A stretch of 64,000 nucleotides of DNA from an uncultured Bacteroidales bacterium (GCA_902771725.1 CACXXT010000010.1:18193-82192), one strand, 5' to 3'; counted from the first letter of the stretch, positions 25,811-35,743 are shown. Numbers and translations: made by a program. The notes: generated from the letters alone by a model not told the origin.

Positions 25811-27007
25811 TCATTTGCGAATGACAGGCAGATCTCCCTCGAAAGTGATGGAAAGGCAGAGGTGACGGGAAAGTGCAAGGCTACGTGGCATCCAAACATC
25901 GGCCATGAAATAGAGGGTAGGGCTATCGGCGGTCGGGGAAGGCTGAGTCCAAATCCAGGTGCCCTGTGCTTCGAAAGTACGCTTGGCACCAGGCCCTTGC
26001 ATGGGCGAGGGGTGTTGCGTCCACGGTCCTTGGATGCTCTTGGCGGAGAACATACGTGCTTCGTTGGGAGTCCATCCCGTGCAGCCGCTGCAGATGAGCC
26101 AGTATGTGTCGCCGTGCTTCAGCAGGCAGGGTGCTTCGTTTTGTCCGCCGGGGGCTATGCGGTAGTAGCGACCCGTGTAGCCGAGGTAGTCGGGAGTCAG
26201 TTCCGCTGCCTGGAGGGTGAGGTTCTCTTCGGAACTGTAGATGTGCCAGGCGGTGCCGTCGTCATCCACATAGACGGTCATGTCGCGACTCATTTGTCCG
26301 GATTCGAAGTCCTTGGCTAGCAGCAATCCCTGTTCTACAGCGGTGCGCCATGTGGGCGTCCACCATTCAGGGTAGTCGCTGGGATTCAGTGCTTTGGCTC
26401 GCTTGATGTCCTCGTCCGAGAAGTCTGCGGGCCAGCGGCCGGGATTGGGTCGCTGTACGTGATGCAGGCGGAAGGGACCATAGGGCGACTCGCTGGTGGC
26501 GAAGCCTGTCTGGGCTGCTTCGTAGCCACGTCCCTTCAGCTCGGAGTGGAAAAGCATGACAAATTGGCGTGTCCGTTCATTATATAAAACCTTCGGGCGC
26601 TCGATGATACATCCTCGCTCAATGGGCGATCCGGCTTCGTCTACGACTGTGAGCACCAGGCCTCGATACTTCCATTTGAGATCCAGCGGTGTCGCTGCCA
26701 GAGAGTCCGATGCACTGATGGGCTGGGTCCCGATGGGTGCTGTATAGAGGCTGACACCTTCAGAGGTGAAACCGAACCGGGGACGGGCTTCGCCGTACCA
26801 CAGCCATTCGCCGTTGTAGGCGATGATGCAACCGCCGTGAGCATTTACGTGGTTGCCGTCGGCATCCGCCGTAGCAGGGTAGGAGGGGGTGGGCACCATG
26901 CTGCGGCGGGCGCGAGGACGGTTGGGACGGTTTTGGGCTTCTGGTTCCTGGGCCATCAGATTGGAGACCATCAGAAACATGATTGCGAGGGAAAGCAGTC
27001 GGTTCAT
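25811..27007 (-). CDS. secreted glycoside hydrolase, family 43-like (five-bladed propeller)
   Basis: Signal peptide MNRLLSLAIMFLMVSNLMAQ. AHGGCIIAYNGEWLWYGE and NEAPCLLKHGDTYWLICSGCTGW resemble GH43 (exo-galactanase-like subfamily) blocks. The start was set at ATG 27007. Confidence 0.55.
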   Translation of the reverse strand: MNRLLSLAIMFLMVSNLMAQEPEAQNRPNRPRARRSMVPTPSYPATADADGNHVNAHGGCIIAYNGEWLWYGEARPRFGFTSEGVSLYTAPIGTQPISASDSLAATPLDLKWKYRGLVLTVVDEAGSPIERGCIIERPKVLYNERTRQFVMLFHSELKGRGYEAAQTGFATSESPYGPFRLHHVQRPNPGRWPADFSDEDIKRAKALNPSDYPEWWTPTWRTAVEQGLLLAKDFESGQMSRDMTVYVDDDGTAWHIYSSEENLTLQAAELTPDYLGYTGRYYRIAPGGQNEAPCLLKHGDTYWLICSGCTGWTPNEARMFSAKSIQGPWTQHPSPMQGPGAKRTFEAQGTWIWTQPSPTADSPTLYFMADVWMPRSLALSRHLCLSITFEGDLPVIRK

Positions 27008-27149
27008 AAGTCGTATATTTAATGGTATGATGCTTCTTAGACGTGGCAAAGAGGGGAAGGTTTAACTCCAAAATTACTTAATCTGCCGTTTTGTGACGAA
27101 GGAAATAATAAAAAGCGTTAATAAATTCGTTTATTTCAGATATTTTGCC

Positions 27150-27157
27150 TAATTTTG
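27150..27157 (+). promoter_or_regulatory. candidate -7 box TAATTTTG
   Basis: Matches TAnnTTTG 70 nt upstream of the ndk ATG. Confidence 0.35.
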
Positions 27158-27226
27158 CCGCCGAATCGTGGGGTATGTCCTACGCCTTGCTCTTAACACT
27201 GAAGTTACACCTTATTATATATATAG

Positions 27227-27688
27227 ATGGAAACAACCCTCGTACTGCTCAAGCCCAGTTGTGTTCAGCGTCAACTGATTGGCGAGATTGTACACCGCTT
27301 TGAGCGCCGCGGCTTGCGCATTGCCGGCATGAAAATGATGCAGTTGGACGATGCCATTCTGCGTGAGCATTATGCTCATCTGGTAGATCGTCCTTTCTTC
27401 CCCACTTTGGCAGCATCGATGCAGACGTCACCTGTTGTGGCATTGGCCCTTTCCGGGTTGGAGGCAGTGGGTGTCGTGCGCGCAATGACGGGCTTCACCA
27501 ACGGTCGTAAGGCAGACCCCGGCACCATCCGTGGTGATTATGCCATGAGCAACCAGCAGAACATTGTCCACGCCTCTGACTCCGTAGAAAATGCCGCCAT
27601 TGAGCTGAAGCGTTTCTTCCGTCCCGAAGAAATCTTCGACTACAAGAGTGGCGTGTTCGACTTCCTCTATGGTGTTGACGAAGCTTGA
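27227..27688 (+). CDS. ndk: nucleoside-diphosphate kinase
   Basis: 153 aa. ETTLVLLKPSCVQR, RGL.IAGMKMM, the RPFF motif, and the NIVHASDS active-site His motif. Confidence 0.9.
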   Translation: METTLVLLKPSCVQRQLIGEIVHRFERRGLRIAGMKMMQLDDAILREHYAHLVDRPFFPTLAASMQTSPVVALALSGLEAVGVVRAMTGFTNGRKADPGTIRGDYAMSNQQNIVHASDSVENAAIELKRFFRPEEIFDYKSGVFDFLYGVDEA

Positions 27689-27722
27689 CAGAAACTTTCA
27701 AGAACTCACTAACTGAACCCCT

Positions 27723-28724
27723 ATGATAAGAAACGTCATCAAGAAAACTACGGCAGCACTGTTGCTCTCAGTTCTGGCTTTGCCTGTGGCAGGTCAGGAT
27801 CTGCTGGCACGACAGGCTCCGGTAGACAAGAAAATGCGCGCGGTGGACAGTGTGGCCATCCAGCGCCTGTTTGAACAAGAGAACATCGAAGACCCCGCAG
27901 CTGAACTCTACCCGGATTGGGAGGATCGGTTCATCAATGCCTATGGAAATGTGGAGCTGCCGCAAGAACTGAAGATTGACTTGCGCCACTTCTGCATGCC
28001 GACGACCAACCGGATCGTCACCTCGAAATATGGCTATCGTCCCCGTTTCCGCCGTCAGCATAAGGGTCTGGATATTGACGCCAATAAGGGTGACACCATC
28101 CGTGCAGCCTTCGATGGCAAGGTACGTGTGGTAGAATTCCAGCGCGGAGGCTATGGCAACGTCGTTGTCATCCGCCACAACAATGGCCTTGAGACGGTTT
28201 ACGGACACCTCTCCAAGCACCTTACCCAGAAGGGAAACATTGTCAAGGCTGGCGAACCCATCGGACTTGCCGGAAACACTGGTCGCAGTTATGGAGCACA
28301 TCTGCACTTCGAGACTCGTCTGCTGGGTGAATACATCGACCCCGCCAAGCTTTTCGACTTCGAGAATCAGGACGTAACGGGTGACTTCTATGTCTTCCGC
28401 GGTCGTGGCAGAGGTACTCTTCTGGGCAAGCATGATCCCAACGCAGCCCAACTCAATGGCGATGAACTGGCAGAAAATGCCGAGGAGGCAGAGAGCGTCG
28501 AAAGCACCGAGGAAGAGGTGACCTATATCTCTTCAGAGGATACTAAGAGCAAACAGCGTTCCCAGCGTGCTGCCCGCAACACCCGTACGCATAAGGTGCG
28601 CAAGGGCGAGACCCTCTCCAGTATCGCCAAGAAACGCGGAACCACCGTCGCCAAGCTCTGCCGTGCCAACGGTATCTCGACAAAGACCAAGTTGCGCGTA
28701 GGTCAGATCCTCAAGTACTCGTAA
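27723..28724 (+). CDS. M23 family peptidoglycan metalloendopeptidase with C-terminal LysM domain
   Basis: HKGLDIDANKGDTIRAAFDGKV and GNTGRSYGAHLHFE (M23 motifs). The C-terminal HKVRKGETLSSIAKKRGTTVAKLCRANGIS...LRVGQILKY is a LysM domain. Confidence 0.85.
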   Translation: MIRNVIKKTTAALLLSVLALPVAGQDLLARQAPVDKKMRAVDSVAIQRLFEQENIEDPAAELYPDWEDRFINAYGNVELPQELKIDLRHFCMPTTNRIVTSKYGYRPRFRRQHKGLDIDANKGDTIRAAFDGKVRVVEFQRGGYGNVVVIRHNNGLETVYGHLSKHLTQKGNIVKAGEPIGLAGNTGRSYGAHLHFETRLLGEYIDPAKLFDFENQDVTGDFYVFRGRGRGTLLGKHDPNAAQLNGDELAENAEEAESVESTEEEVTYISSEDTKSKQRSQRAARNTRTHKVRKGETLSSIAKKRGTTVAKLCRANGISTKTKLRVGQILKYS

Positions 28725-28733
28725 TTGCAAATT

Positions 28734-28803
28734 ACAGATTCCAGATTCCAAATCCGTAAATCCGTAAATCTGTAAGTCAGTAAATCCGTAAATCCTAAAA
28801 TCC
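28734..28803. repeat. degenerate 7-8-nt tandem stutter (cagattc x2, then ~6 copies of cgtaaatc-like)
   Basis: cagattccagattccaaatccgtaaatccgtaaatctgtaagtcagtaaatccgtaaatcctaaaatcc fills the whole spacer between the M23 stop and the next ATG. Confidence 0.8.
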
Positions 28804-28808
28804 CCTCC

Positions 28809-29351
28809 ATGTCCACCGAAGAGCAATTCCGTGCTGTACTCGCAGAGTGTCGCGAGATCTTTGCTAAGAAGTTGCACGACTACGGAGCCGCATGGCGCAT
28901 ATTGCGCATCCCTTCGCTGACGGATCAACTTTACATCAAAGCCAACCGTATCCGCTCGTTGGAACTGAAGCGTGAGGCCAAGGTGGATGAGGGAATTCGT
29001 CCGGAGTTTATAGGTATCGTTAATTATGCCATCATCGGACTCATTCAGCTGGAACATGGCTTTGCAGAGAAACCGGATGACATGACGGTGGAGCAGGCGC
29101 TCGCTGAATACGACCGCTTGGCCGAAAAGACCCTGCAACTGATGTTGCGCAAGAACCACGACTACGACGAGGCCTGGCGGGGAATGCGTGTCAGCAGCTA
29201 TACCGATCTCATCCTCCAAAAGATTTTCCGTACGAAGCAGATAGAGGAACTCGATGGAGCCACGTTGGTCAGCGAAGGTATAGATGCCAACTATATGGAC
29301 ATGATGAACTACGCAGTCTTCGGTCTCATTAAACTCACCTTCCCTGATTAG
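28809..29351 (+). CDS. DUF1599-like protein (internally duplicated helical domain)
   Basis: 180 aa with two homologous halves (KLHDYGAAWRILRIPSLTDQLYIKANRIRSLE and KNHDYDEAWRGMRVSSYTDLILQKIFRTKQIE). The family name is from memory. Confidence 0.5.
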   Translation: MSTEEQFRAVLAECREIFAKKLHDYGAAWRILRIPSLTDQLYIKANRIRSLELKREAKVDEGIRPEFIGIVNYAIIGLIQLEHGFAEKPDDMTVEQALAEYDRLAEKTLQLMLRKNHDYDEAWRGMRVSSYTDLILQKIFRTKQIEELDGATLVSEGIDANYMDMMNYAVFGLIKLTFPD

Positions 29352-29364
29352 CGGTCTTGTGAAA

Positions 29365-29427
29365 TCTAGAATGTCTAGAATATCTAGAGCTTCTAGAACA
29401 TCTAGAACATCTGGTAGATCTGGAAAT
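29365..29427. repeat. seven 9-nt tandem units built on TCTAGA
   Basis: tctagaatg tctagaata tctagagct tctagaaca tctagaaca tctggtaga tctggaaat. Five XbaI-type palindromes fall within 45 nt. Confidence 0.85.
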
Positions 29428-29431
29428 CCCC

Positions 29432-30583
29432 ATGACAAGAACCTCAAGAGACAGAATCCTATGGATAGTGGTGAACACGTGCCGCCTGCTCGTGTCCGCC
29501 ACATTTATTTTTTCCGGGTTGGTCAAATTGCTGGATCCCGTCGGGATGCAGTACAAGATTGAGGACTATCTGATAGCCTTCGGCTTTTCTGTCAGCCCGG
29601 AGAACGTATGGCCTTTGATGGCGGCGGTGACTTTGTCGTTGGTGGAGTTCTTGTTGGGCGTCTACCTCTTTTTTGGAATCCGACGGCGTCTGACCTCGTG
29701 GAGCTTGCTCATCTTCATGGCTCTCTACACTCCTTTGACCTTGTGGCTTGCTATCACAAACGGCGTGTCGGACTGTGGCTGCTTCGGCGATGCTGTGCGT
29801 CTGACGAATTGGCAGACCTTCGGGAAGAATGCGGTTCTGCTGTTGATGGTCCTCGTCATCTGGTGGCAGGGACAGCGCATGACGCGCTTCATCAGCGAGT
29901 CTGTGCAATGGATGATCTCGCTCTATAGCATCATCGTAGGACTCCTGATTGCCGGTTTGTGCATCGTGAGCGAACCGTTTATCGATTTCCGCCCCTACCA
30001 CGAAGGACAGCACATACCGACAGCCATGGAGTGGCCCGATGATCCGATGGGAGTTCCAGAGATACTGGGCTTTGAGTTGGATCCGGAGGTACTGGAGGAC
30101 ACATCCTATTCTTTCCTGCTCATCTCACCCCATCTGGAACTCGCTGACGATGGCGCCATGGATCGCATCAATGCGACCTACGATTTTGCACTTCGTCAAG
30201 GTTATCGTTTCTTGGCGCTGACCGCTTCAGATACTGAGGCCATTCTGCGATGGCAGGATCTCACAGGAGCAGAGTATTCCTTTGAGTTCATGGATGAACT
30301 GGTACTGAAGACCATCGCCCGTACCAATCCGGCAATTGTGTTGCTGCACGACGGACGCATTGTGGGTAAATGGCCGGCAGATGAACTGACGTCGGATGAC
30401 CTGAACCAAGCTTCCATGGACGAGATGGTGTCGGAGGCCGAAGAACCCTATAGCCCCTTCGGTGATTTGTGCGGCCTCCTGCTTCTCTATGCTCTACCTC
30501 TGGTGCCTCTGACGCTGGCGGACCGCATCGTTTTCGCTCTTAAAAAATGGATAAGGAGCCATCGGAGAACTAAAAACAATTAA
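29432..30583 (+). CDS. DoxX/MauE-like integral membrane protein with C-terminal soluble domain
   Basis: 383 aa. Four or five hydrophobic helices (FIFSGLVKLLDP.., a CGCFGD motif typical of MauE/DoxX-like proteins), then a ~150-aa non-membrane region and a final helix. Confidence 0.5.
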   Translation: MTRTSRDRILWIVVNTCRLLVSATFIFSGLVKLLDPVGMQYKIEDYLIAFGFSVSPENVWPLMAAVTLSLVEFLLGVYLFFGIRRRLTSWSLLIFMALYTPLTLWLAITNGVSDCGCFGDAVRLTNWQTFGKNAVLLLMVLVIWWQGQRMTRFISESVQWMISLYSIIVGLLIAGLCIVSEPFIDFRPYHEGQHIPTAMEWPDDPMGVPEILGFELDPEVLEDTSYSFLLISPHLELADDGAMDRINATYDFALRQGYRFLALTASDTEAILRWQDLTGAEYSFEFMDELVLKTIARTNPAIVLLHDGRIVGKWPADELTSDDLNQASMDEMVSEAEEPYSPFGDLCGLLLLYALPLVPLTLADRIVFALKKWIRSHRRTKNN

Positions 30584-30621
30584 AAAACGTCGAATTCTTT
30601 GGCGGAACGACTATAATACCG

Positions 30622-30629
30622 TAATTTTG
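30622..30629 (+). promoter_or_regulatory. candidate -7 box TAATTTTG
   Basis: Matches TAnnTTTG 72 nt upstream of the tpiA ATG. Confidence 0.4.
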
Positions 30630-30700
30630 CAGCCGAAAAGAGCTACCATAGCTTCTTTGATTCCCGCAATAATATCCACAACTCCTAAAAACAAATAACA

Positions 30701-31459
30701 ATGAGAAAGAAAATTGTAGCAGGTAACTGGAAAATGAACCTCAACCTGCAGGAAGGCCTCCAGCTGGCCACCGAACTGAAAGAAGCCCTCGCAGCCGAGA
30801 AGCCCAACTGCGATGTCGTCATCTGCACACCCTTCATCCATCTGGCAAAGGTCGCCGACGTGGTTGCCGGAACCGTTATCGGACTTGGTGCAGAGAACTG
30901 TGCCGACAAGGAGAAAGGTGCTTTCACCGGTGAAGTCAGCGCTGCTCAGGTCAAGAGCACGGGCGCTCAGTACGTCATCCTCGGCCACAGCGAGCGTCGT
31001 CAGTACTACGGCGAGACCGCAGAACTGCTGAAGGAGAAGGTGAACCTCGCTCTGGCCAATGGCCTGAAGGTCATCTTCTGCATCGGCGAAGTGCTGGAAG
31101 AGCGCGAGGCTGGCAAGCAGAACGAAGTCGTTGGTGCCCAGCTCGCCGACAGCCTCTTCGACCTCACCGAGGAGCAGCTGGCCAATGTCATCCTCGCCTA
31201 CGAGCCCGTGTGGGCCATCGGTACCGGTAAGACCGCTACCGCAGAGCAGGCCGAGGATATGCACGCCTTCATCCGTGGCTGCATCGCCGGTCGCTTTGGC
31301 GAGGCTGCAGCAGAGAACATCAGCATCCTCTATGGTGGCAGCTGCAAGCCCAGCAACGCCCGTGAGATCTTCTCCAAGCCCGATGTCGACGGTGGCCTCA
31401 TTGGCGGTGCTGCCCTCAAGTGCGCCGACTTCAAGGGTATCATCGACGCCTGGAACTAA
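30701..31459 (+). CDS. tpiA: triose-phosphate isomerase
   Basis: 252 aa. [27 protein letters not shown] and YGGS motifs. Confidence 0.95.
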   Translation: MRKKIVAGNWKMNLNLQEGLQLATELKEALAAEKPNCDVVICTPFIHLAKVADVVAGTVIGLGAENCADKEKGAFTGEVSAAQVKSTGAQYVILGHSERRQYYGETAELLKEKVNLALANGLKVIFCIGEVLEEREAGKQNEVVGAQLADSLFDLTEEQLANVILAYEPVWAIGTGKTATAEQAEDMHAFIRGCIAGRFGEAAAENISILYGGSCKPSNAREIFSKPDVDGGLIGGAALKCADFKGIIDAWN

Positions 31460-31477
31460 GAAACGGAGAATAAAGAA

Positions 31478-32092
31478 TTGGAAATGATGAAAAAGAGATG
31501 GTCTTTGCGCCTGTTTGTCCTCGCCTGCTTCCTGTGGGTGGGAGTGCTGCATACCCAGTTTTCTATTTTCAATTTACAGTTTTCAATTCTTCATGCTCAA
31601 ACCTTCACCGAGCACCTCACGCGCAGCAATGCGGGTGAGGGCTCGGTTATCCTTCACCACGACTCTGATATCGAGGCGCTGGTGAATGGTCGGATTACTT
31701 ATGCCAACAGCGCACCCGCTCCGCGCACCCAGACCCCTGCCACCCCTGCGGCTGTGTCTCATCCGGACAGCCTCCTTTCCGGCGACTCTTCTTCCTTCGA
31801 TCAGCTGACGGGCTATGGCCGTCGTATGCGGGCCACAGGTTATCGAGTTCAGGTCTACGCTGGAGGCAACAATCGCCAGGCGAAAGCTGAGGCATACCGT
31901 ATGGCAGGAATCGTACGCTCCACGTTTAGCGACGTCTCTGTCTACACCAATTTTATCTCACCCCGCTGGACGTGTCGCGTGGGTGACTTCAAGACTCGTG
32001 AGGAAGCCATGGAATTACTGCAGCGAATGCGCGAGACGCAGAAATTCCGCGAGGCTTCGATTGTCAAGAGTCAGATAGTTGTCTTTTATTAA
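31478..32092 (+). CDS. SPOR domain-containing protein
   Basis: 204 aa. A signal/anchor helix is followed by a C-terminal SPOR-like [18 protein letters not shown]....[21 protein letters not shown]. Confidence 0.65.
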   Translation: MEMMKKRWSLRLFVLACFLWVGVLHTQFSIFNLQFSILHAQTFTEHLTRSNAGEGSVILHHDSDIEALVNGRITYANSAPAPRTQTPATPAAVSHPDSLLSGDSSSFDQLTGYGRRMRATGYRVQVYAGGNNRQAKAEAYRMAGIVRSTFSDVSVYTNFISPRWTCRVGDFKTREEAMELLQRMRETQKFREASIVKSQIVVFY

Positions 32093-32093
32093 G

Positions 32094-32657
32094 ATGAAAG
32101 AACGAGAGGAGCAATTGGCAGCGCACTACGCTGAAATCCTATCCCTGCTGGGTGAAGACCCTACACGCGAAGGACTTGTGAAGACCCCTCGCCGGGTGGC
32201 ACGTGCCTGGACGGAACTCACTCGAGGCTACGATGAAGACCCTGTGGCCATCTTGAGGTCTGCGCTATTCCAGGAGACATATCATAATATGGTGGTCGTG
32301 AAGGACATCGAATTCTATTCCCTTTGCGAACATCATCTATTGCCATTCTTCGGGCATGTCCACATCGCCTACATTCCTAACGGTGAAATCACAGGACTCT
32401 CTAAGCTGGCCCGCATCGTCGACACCTTCAGCCACCGCCTTCAGGTGCAGGAACGCATGACGCAGCAGATTGCTCATTGCATTGAGGAAGCCCTCTCGCC
32501 TCTCGGCGTCATGGTCGTTGTCGAGGCCCGTCACCTTTGTATGCAAATGCGGGGAGTGGCCAAGCAGAATGCCGTGACCACCACCATGCACCACATCGGA
32601 GCCTTCAACGACCCCACCACCCGCAACGAATTCCTCTTACAACTTTTCAAAGACTAA
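32094..32657 (+). CDS. folE: GTP cyclohydrolase I
   Basis: [27 protein letters not shown] and RLQVQERMT motifs. ATG 32094 lies 1 nt after the SPOR stop; the track start at TTG 32079 is less likely. Confidence 0.9.
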   Translation: MKEREEQLAAHYAEILSLLGEDPTREGLVKTPRRVARAWTELTRGYDEDPVAILRSALFQETYHNMVVVKDIEFYSLCEHHLLPFFGHVHIAYIPNGEITGLSKLARIVDTFSHRLQVQERMTQQIAHCIEEALSPLGVMVVVEARHLCMQMRGVAKQNAVTTTMHHIGAFNDPTTRNEFLLQLFKD

Positions 32658-32676
32658 TTCCTTTCTTCGTTTCTCT

Positions 32677-33978
32677 ATGCTCACCGAACAAGATAGACAG
32701 GAGATGCTGGCCCTGCTTCATCGTGAAGTGGTGCCGGCTATAGGTTGTACCGAGCCGATGGCGGTGGCCCTCTGCGTGGCCAAGGCTACGGAGCAGCTGG
32801 GTTGTCTGCCCGAAAATATTGACTTGCACCTGAGTGCCAACATCCTGAAGAATGCCATGGGAGTCGGGATTCCCGGCACTGGAGGCATGATAGGACTTCC
32901 GATAGCAGTTGCCATGGGGGCCGTTGCAGGCAAGTCCTGCCTTGGGCTGGAGGTGTTGCGGGATTGTACTTCCGAGGATTTGGATAAGTCCAAGCGTTAT
33001 ATGGCCGAAGACCGGATACACATTGCTCTCGAAGAGCAGGATACGGACAAGTTGTTCATTCATGTTCGGGTTGCCGATGCAAACGGACACACCGAGGAAG
33101 CTTGCATCAAGGGCGGGCACACGAACTTCTGTCCCACATCATCCGCCGCCCCCAAGGAGAATGCTCGTCCGGAGGCAGTCGCTACTTCCGAAGCAGGGAC
33201 GCCTTGTGGAGAGTCTTCGCTTTCCCTCCGTGCCGTTTTCGATTTCGCAACTACGGCTCCCCTCGATGATCTTCGCTTCATCCTGGAAGCTAAACGGCTG
33301 AATGAAGCAGCTGCGGCCGATGGCTTGCGCGAGAACTACGGCCATCAGTTGGGCAAGACTATGTGCAGCCCGCTGGGTCGTGGCATCATGGGGGATAGCA
33401 TCTTTGCCAAGGTGCTCTCCGAGACCAGTTGTGCTTGCGATGCCCGCATGGCAGGAGCCAAGATCCCGGTTATGAGCAACAGTGGCAGTGGCAATCAGGG
33501 TATCTGTGCCACAATGCCTGTGGTGGTCTTTGCCCGCGAGAACCACAATACGGAGGAGGAACTCATTCGCGCTCTGACCCTCTCGCACCTGACCGCTATT
33601 TATATCAAGCAGTCCCTGGGTTGCCTCTCGGCTCTCTGCGGGTGCGTGGTTGCCAGCACGGGCAGCAGTTGTGGCATCACCTATCTGTTGGGTGGCACCT
33701 ATGAACAAGTGGCGCACTCCGTGAAGAATATGATTGCGAACCTGACGGGGATGATCTGCGACGGTGCCAAGCCCTCGTGCGCCCTGAAGCTTACGACTGG
33801 CGTGGGAACCGCTGTCATGAGTGCCATGCTGGCCATTCAGCACAAGTATGTGACTTCAGCCGAGGGCATCATCGAGGATGATGTGGATCGCAGTATCCAC
33901 AACCTGACCAGCATCGGCTCCAAGGGGATGGACGAGACGGACCGCTTCGTGCTGGACATCATGACGCATAAAGGGTGA
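32677..33978 (+). CDS. UPF0597/CyuA-family protein (L-cysteine desulfidase-like)
   Basis: 433 aa. GCTEPMAVALCVA, GVGIPGTGGMIGLPIAVAMGA, ACDARMAGAKIPVMSNSGSGNQGI.ATMPVV and MICDGAKPSCALK parallel E. coli YhaM/CyuA as I recall it. Confidence 0.8.
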   Translation: MLTEQDRQEMLALLHREVVPAIGCTEPMAVALCVAKATEQLGCLPENIDLHLSANILKNAMGVGIPGTGGMIGLPIAVAMGAVAGKSCLGLEVLRDCTSEDLDKSKRYMAEDRIHIALEEQDTDKLFIHVRVADANGHTEEACIKGGHTNFCPTSSAAPKENARPEAVATSEAGTPCGESSLSLRAVFDFATTAPLDDLRFILEAKRLNEAAAADGLRENYGHQLGKTMCSPLGRGIMGDSIFAKVLSETSCACDARMAGAKIPVMSNSGSGNQGICATMPVVVFARENHNTEEELIRALTLSHLTAIYIKQSLGCLSALCGCVVASTGSSCGITYLLGGTYEQVAHSVKNMIANLTGMICDGAKPSCALKLTTGVGTAVMSAMLAIQHKYVTSAEGIIEDDVDRSIHNLTSIGSKGMDETDRFVLDIMTHKG

Positions 33979-33980
33979 AT

Positions 33981-34050
33981 CTAGCAGGTCTTAGGCTATC
34001 CTGGGAAATCCTAGGCTACCCTAGGCATTCATAGGTTATCCTATAAATAA
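33981..34050. repeat. seven 10-nt tandem units (ctaggctacc-like)
   Basis: ctagcaggtc ttaggctatc ctgggaaatc ctaggctacc ctaggcattc ataggttatc ctataaataa. The units keep an exact 10-nt register and start 3 nt after the stop codon. Confidence 0.8.
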
Positions 34051-34053
34051 GAA

Positions 34054-34085
34054 AAGGAGGGCTCCCAAAACAGGGAGCCCTCCTT
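34054..34085. terminator. bidirectional terminator between convergent cyuA-like and groEL genes
   Basis: AAGGAGGGCTCCC, loop aaaaca, GGGAGCCCTCCTT. The 13-bp stem is perfect and flanked by A- and T-rich runs. Confidence 0.75.
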
Positions 34086-34111
34086 CTTCTTTCTATCTTT
34101 TGCTTGGCTAA

Positions 34112-35743
34112 TTACATCATGCCGCCCATACCCGGGGCACCGCCCATGGGCATTTCGGGCTTGTCCTCCTTGGCGTCGCAGATGACGCACTCGGTGGTGA
34201 GGAACATACCGGCGATGCTGGCAGCGTTCTCCAGAGCAACACGTGCCACTTTGGCAGGATCGATGATACCAGCCTTGCGCAGGTTCTCGTAGCGGTCAGC
34301 GCGTGCGTTGTAGCCATAGTCGCCTTCTTCGGTCTTCACCTTGTTGACAACGACGCTGCCTTCGAGGCCGGCGTTCTCAACAATCTGACGCAGAGGCTCT
34401 TCGATGGCGCGCTCCACGATGCGGATACCGGTGGTCTCGTCGGCGTTCTCGCCCTGCAGACCATCCAGAGCCTTGATGGCGCGGATGTAAGCGACACCGC
34501 CGCCGGGGATGATGCCTTCTTCGATGGCAGCGCGGGTGGCGCAGAGGGCGTCGTCCACGCGGTCCTTCTTCTCCTTCATCTCGGTCTCGGAGGGAGCACC
34601 CACGTAGAGCACGGCAACGCCGCCGCTGAGCTTGGCCAGACGCTCCTGCAGCTTCTCCTTGTCGTAGCTGCTGGTGGTATTCTGGATCTCGTTCTTGATC
34701 TGGTTGATGCGGTCCTTGATGAGCTGGCTTTCGCCGTGGCCGCTGACGATGGTGGTGTTGTCCTTGCTGATGGTCACCTTGTCGGCGCTGCCGAGCATCT
34801 CGATGGTGGCCTGCTCGAGCTTCAGACCCTTCTCCTCGCTGATGACGACGCCACCTGTCAGGATAGCGATGTCTTCCAGCATAGCCTTCCGACGGTCGCC
34901 GAAGCCAGGAGCCTTCACGGCGCAGATCTTCAGCTGGCCACGCAGACGGTTCACCACGAGGGTGGTGAGAGCTTCACTGTCGACATCTTCTGCGATGACG
35001 AGCAGAGGACGACCGGTCTGTACGGCGGGTTCCAGGATGGGGAGGAAGTCCTTCAGGTTCGAGATCTTCTTGTCGTAGATGAGGATGTAGGGGTTGTCCA
35101 TCACGCATTCCATCTTCTCCGTATCGGTGACGAAGTAAGCGCTGAGGTAACCGCGGTCGAACTGCATACCTTCGACCACACCGATGGTGGTGTCGCGGCC
35201 CTTGGCTTCCTCGATGGTGATGACACCGTCCTTCGAGACCTTCTTCATGGCCTCGGCCAGCAACTTACCGATTTCGGGGTCGTTGTTGGCGCTGACGGTG
35301 GCCACCTGCTCAATCTTCTCGTAGTCATCACCCACTTGTTCGCTCTGGTCGGCAATGCTTTCTACGACACGTGCCACAGCCTTGTCGATACCGCGCTTGA
35401 GGTCCATGGGGTTGGCACCTGCGGTGACGTTCTTCAGACCTTCGCGGACGATGGCCTGAGCCAGCACGGTGGCAGTTGTGGTGCCGTCGCCGGCATCGTC
35501 ACCGGTCTTGGAAGCTACGCTCTTGACGAGCTGTGCACCGGCATTCTGGAAGGCGTCGGCCAGCTCAATCTCCTTGGCGACGGTCACACCGTCCTTGGTG
35601 ATCTGAGGAGCACCGAACTTCTTCTCTATGATTACATTACGACCTTTCGGACCCAGGGTCACCTTTACGGCATTGGCCAACTGGTCCACGCCCTGCTTCA
35701 TCTGTTCGCGGGCTTCGCTATTGAATCTGATTTCTTTTGCCAT
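34112..35743 (-). CDS. groL: chaperonin GroEL
   Basis: 543 aa. [11 protein letters not shown]..., [11 protein letters not shown], and the C-terminal [10 protein letters not shown] tail. Confidence 0.97.
   Translation of the reverse strand: MAKEIRFNSEAREQMKQGVDQLANAVKVTLGPKGRNVIIEKKFGAPQITKDGVTVAKEIELADAFQNAGAQLVKSVASKTGDDAGDGTTTATVLAQAIVREGLKNVTAGANPMDLKRGIDKAVARVVESIADQSEQVGDDYEKIEQVATVSANNDPEIGKLLAEAMKKVSKDGVITIEEAKGRDTTIGVVEGMQFDRGYLSAYFVTDTEKMECVMDNPYILIYDKKISNLKDFLPILEPAVQTGRPLLVIAEDVDSEALTTLVVNRLRGQLKICAVKAPGFGDRRKAMLEDIAILTGGVVISEEKGLKLEQATIEMLGSADKVTISKDNTTIVSGHGESQLIKDRINQIKNEIQNTTSSYDKEKLQERLAKLSGGVAVLYVGAPSETEMKEKKDRVDDALCATRAAIEEGIIPGGGVAYIRAIKALDGLQGENADETTGIRIVERAIEEPLRQIVENAGLEGSVVVNKVKTEEGDYGYNARADRYENLRKAGIIDPAKVARVALENAASIAGMFLTTECVICDAKEDKPEMPMGGAPGMGGMM

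Noticed and set aside
28734-29427. Whether the short tandem arrays (here and at 33981, 35744, 43207 and 47854) are CRISPR arrays.
   Set aside because: The units are 7-15 nt and directly adjacent, with no unique spacers. There are no cas genes in the window, and the arrays are only 35-120 nt long.
29359-29562. An upstream start or separate 67-aa ORF (MKSRMSRISRASRTSRTSGRSG...) preceding the DoxX/MauE-like gene.
   Set aside because: It is in a different frame from 29432..30583. Its Ser/Arg-rich sequence is simply the translation of the TCTAGA 9-nt repeat.
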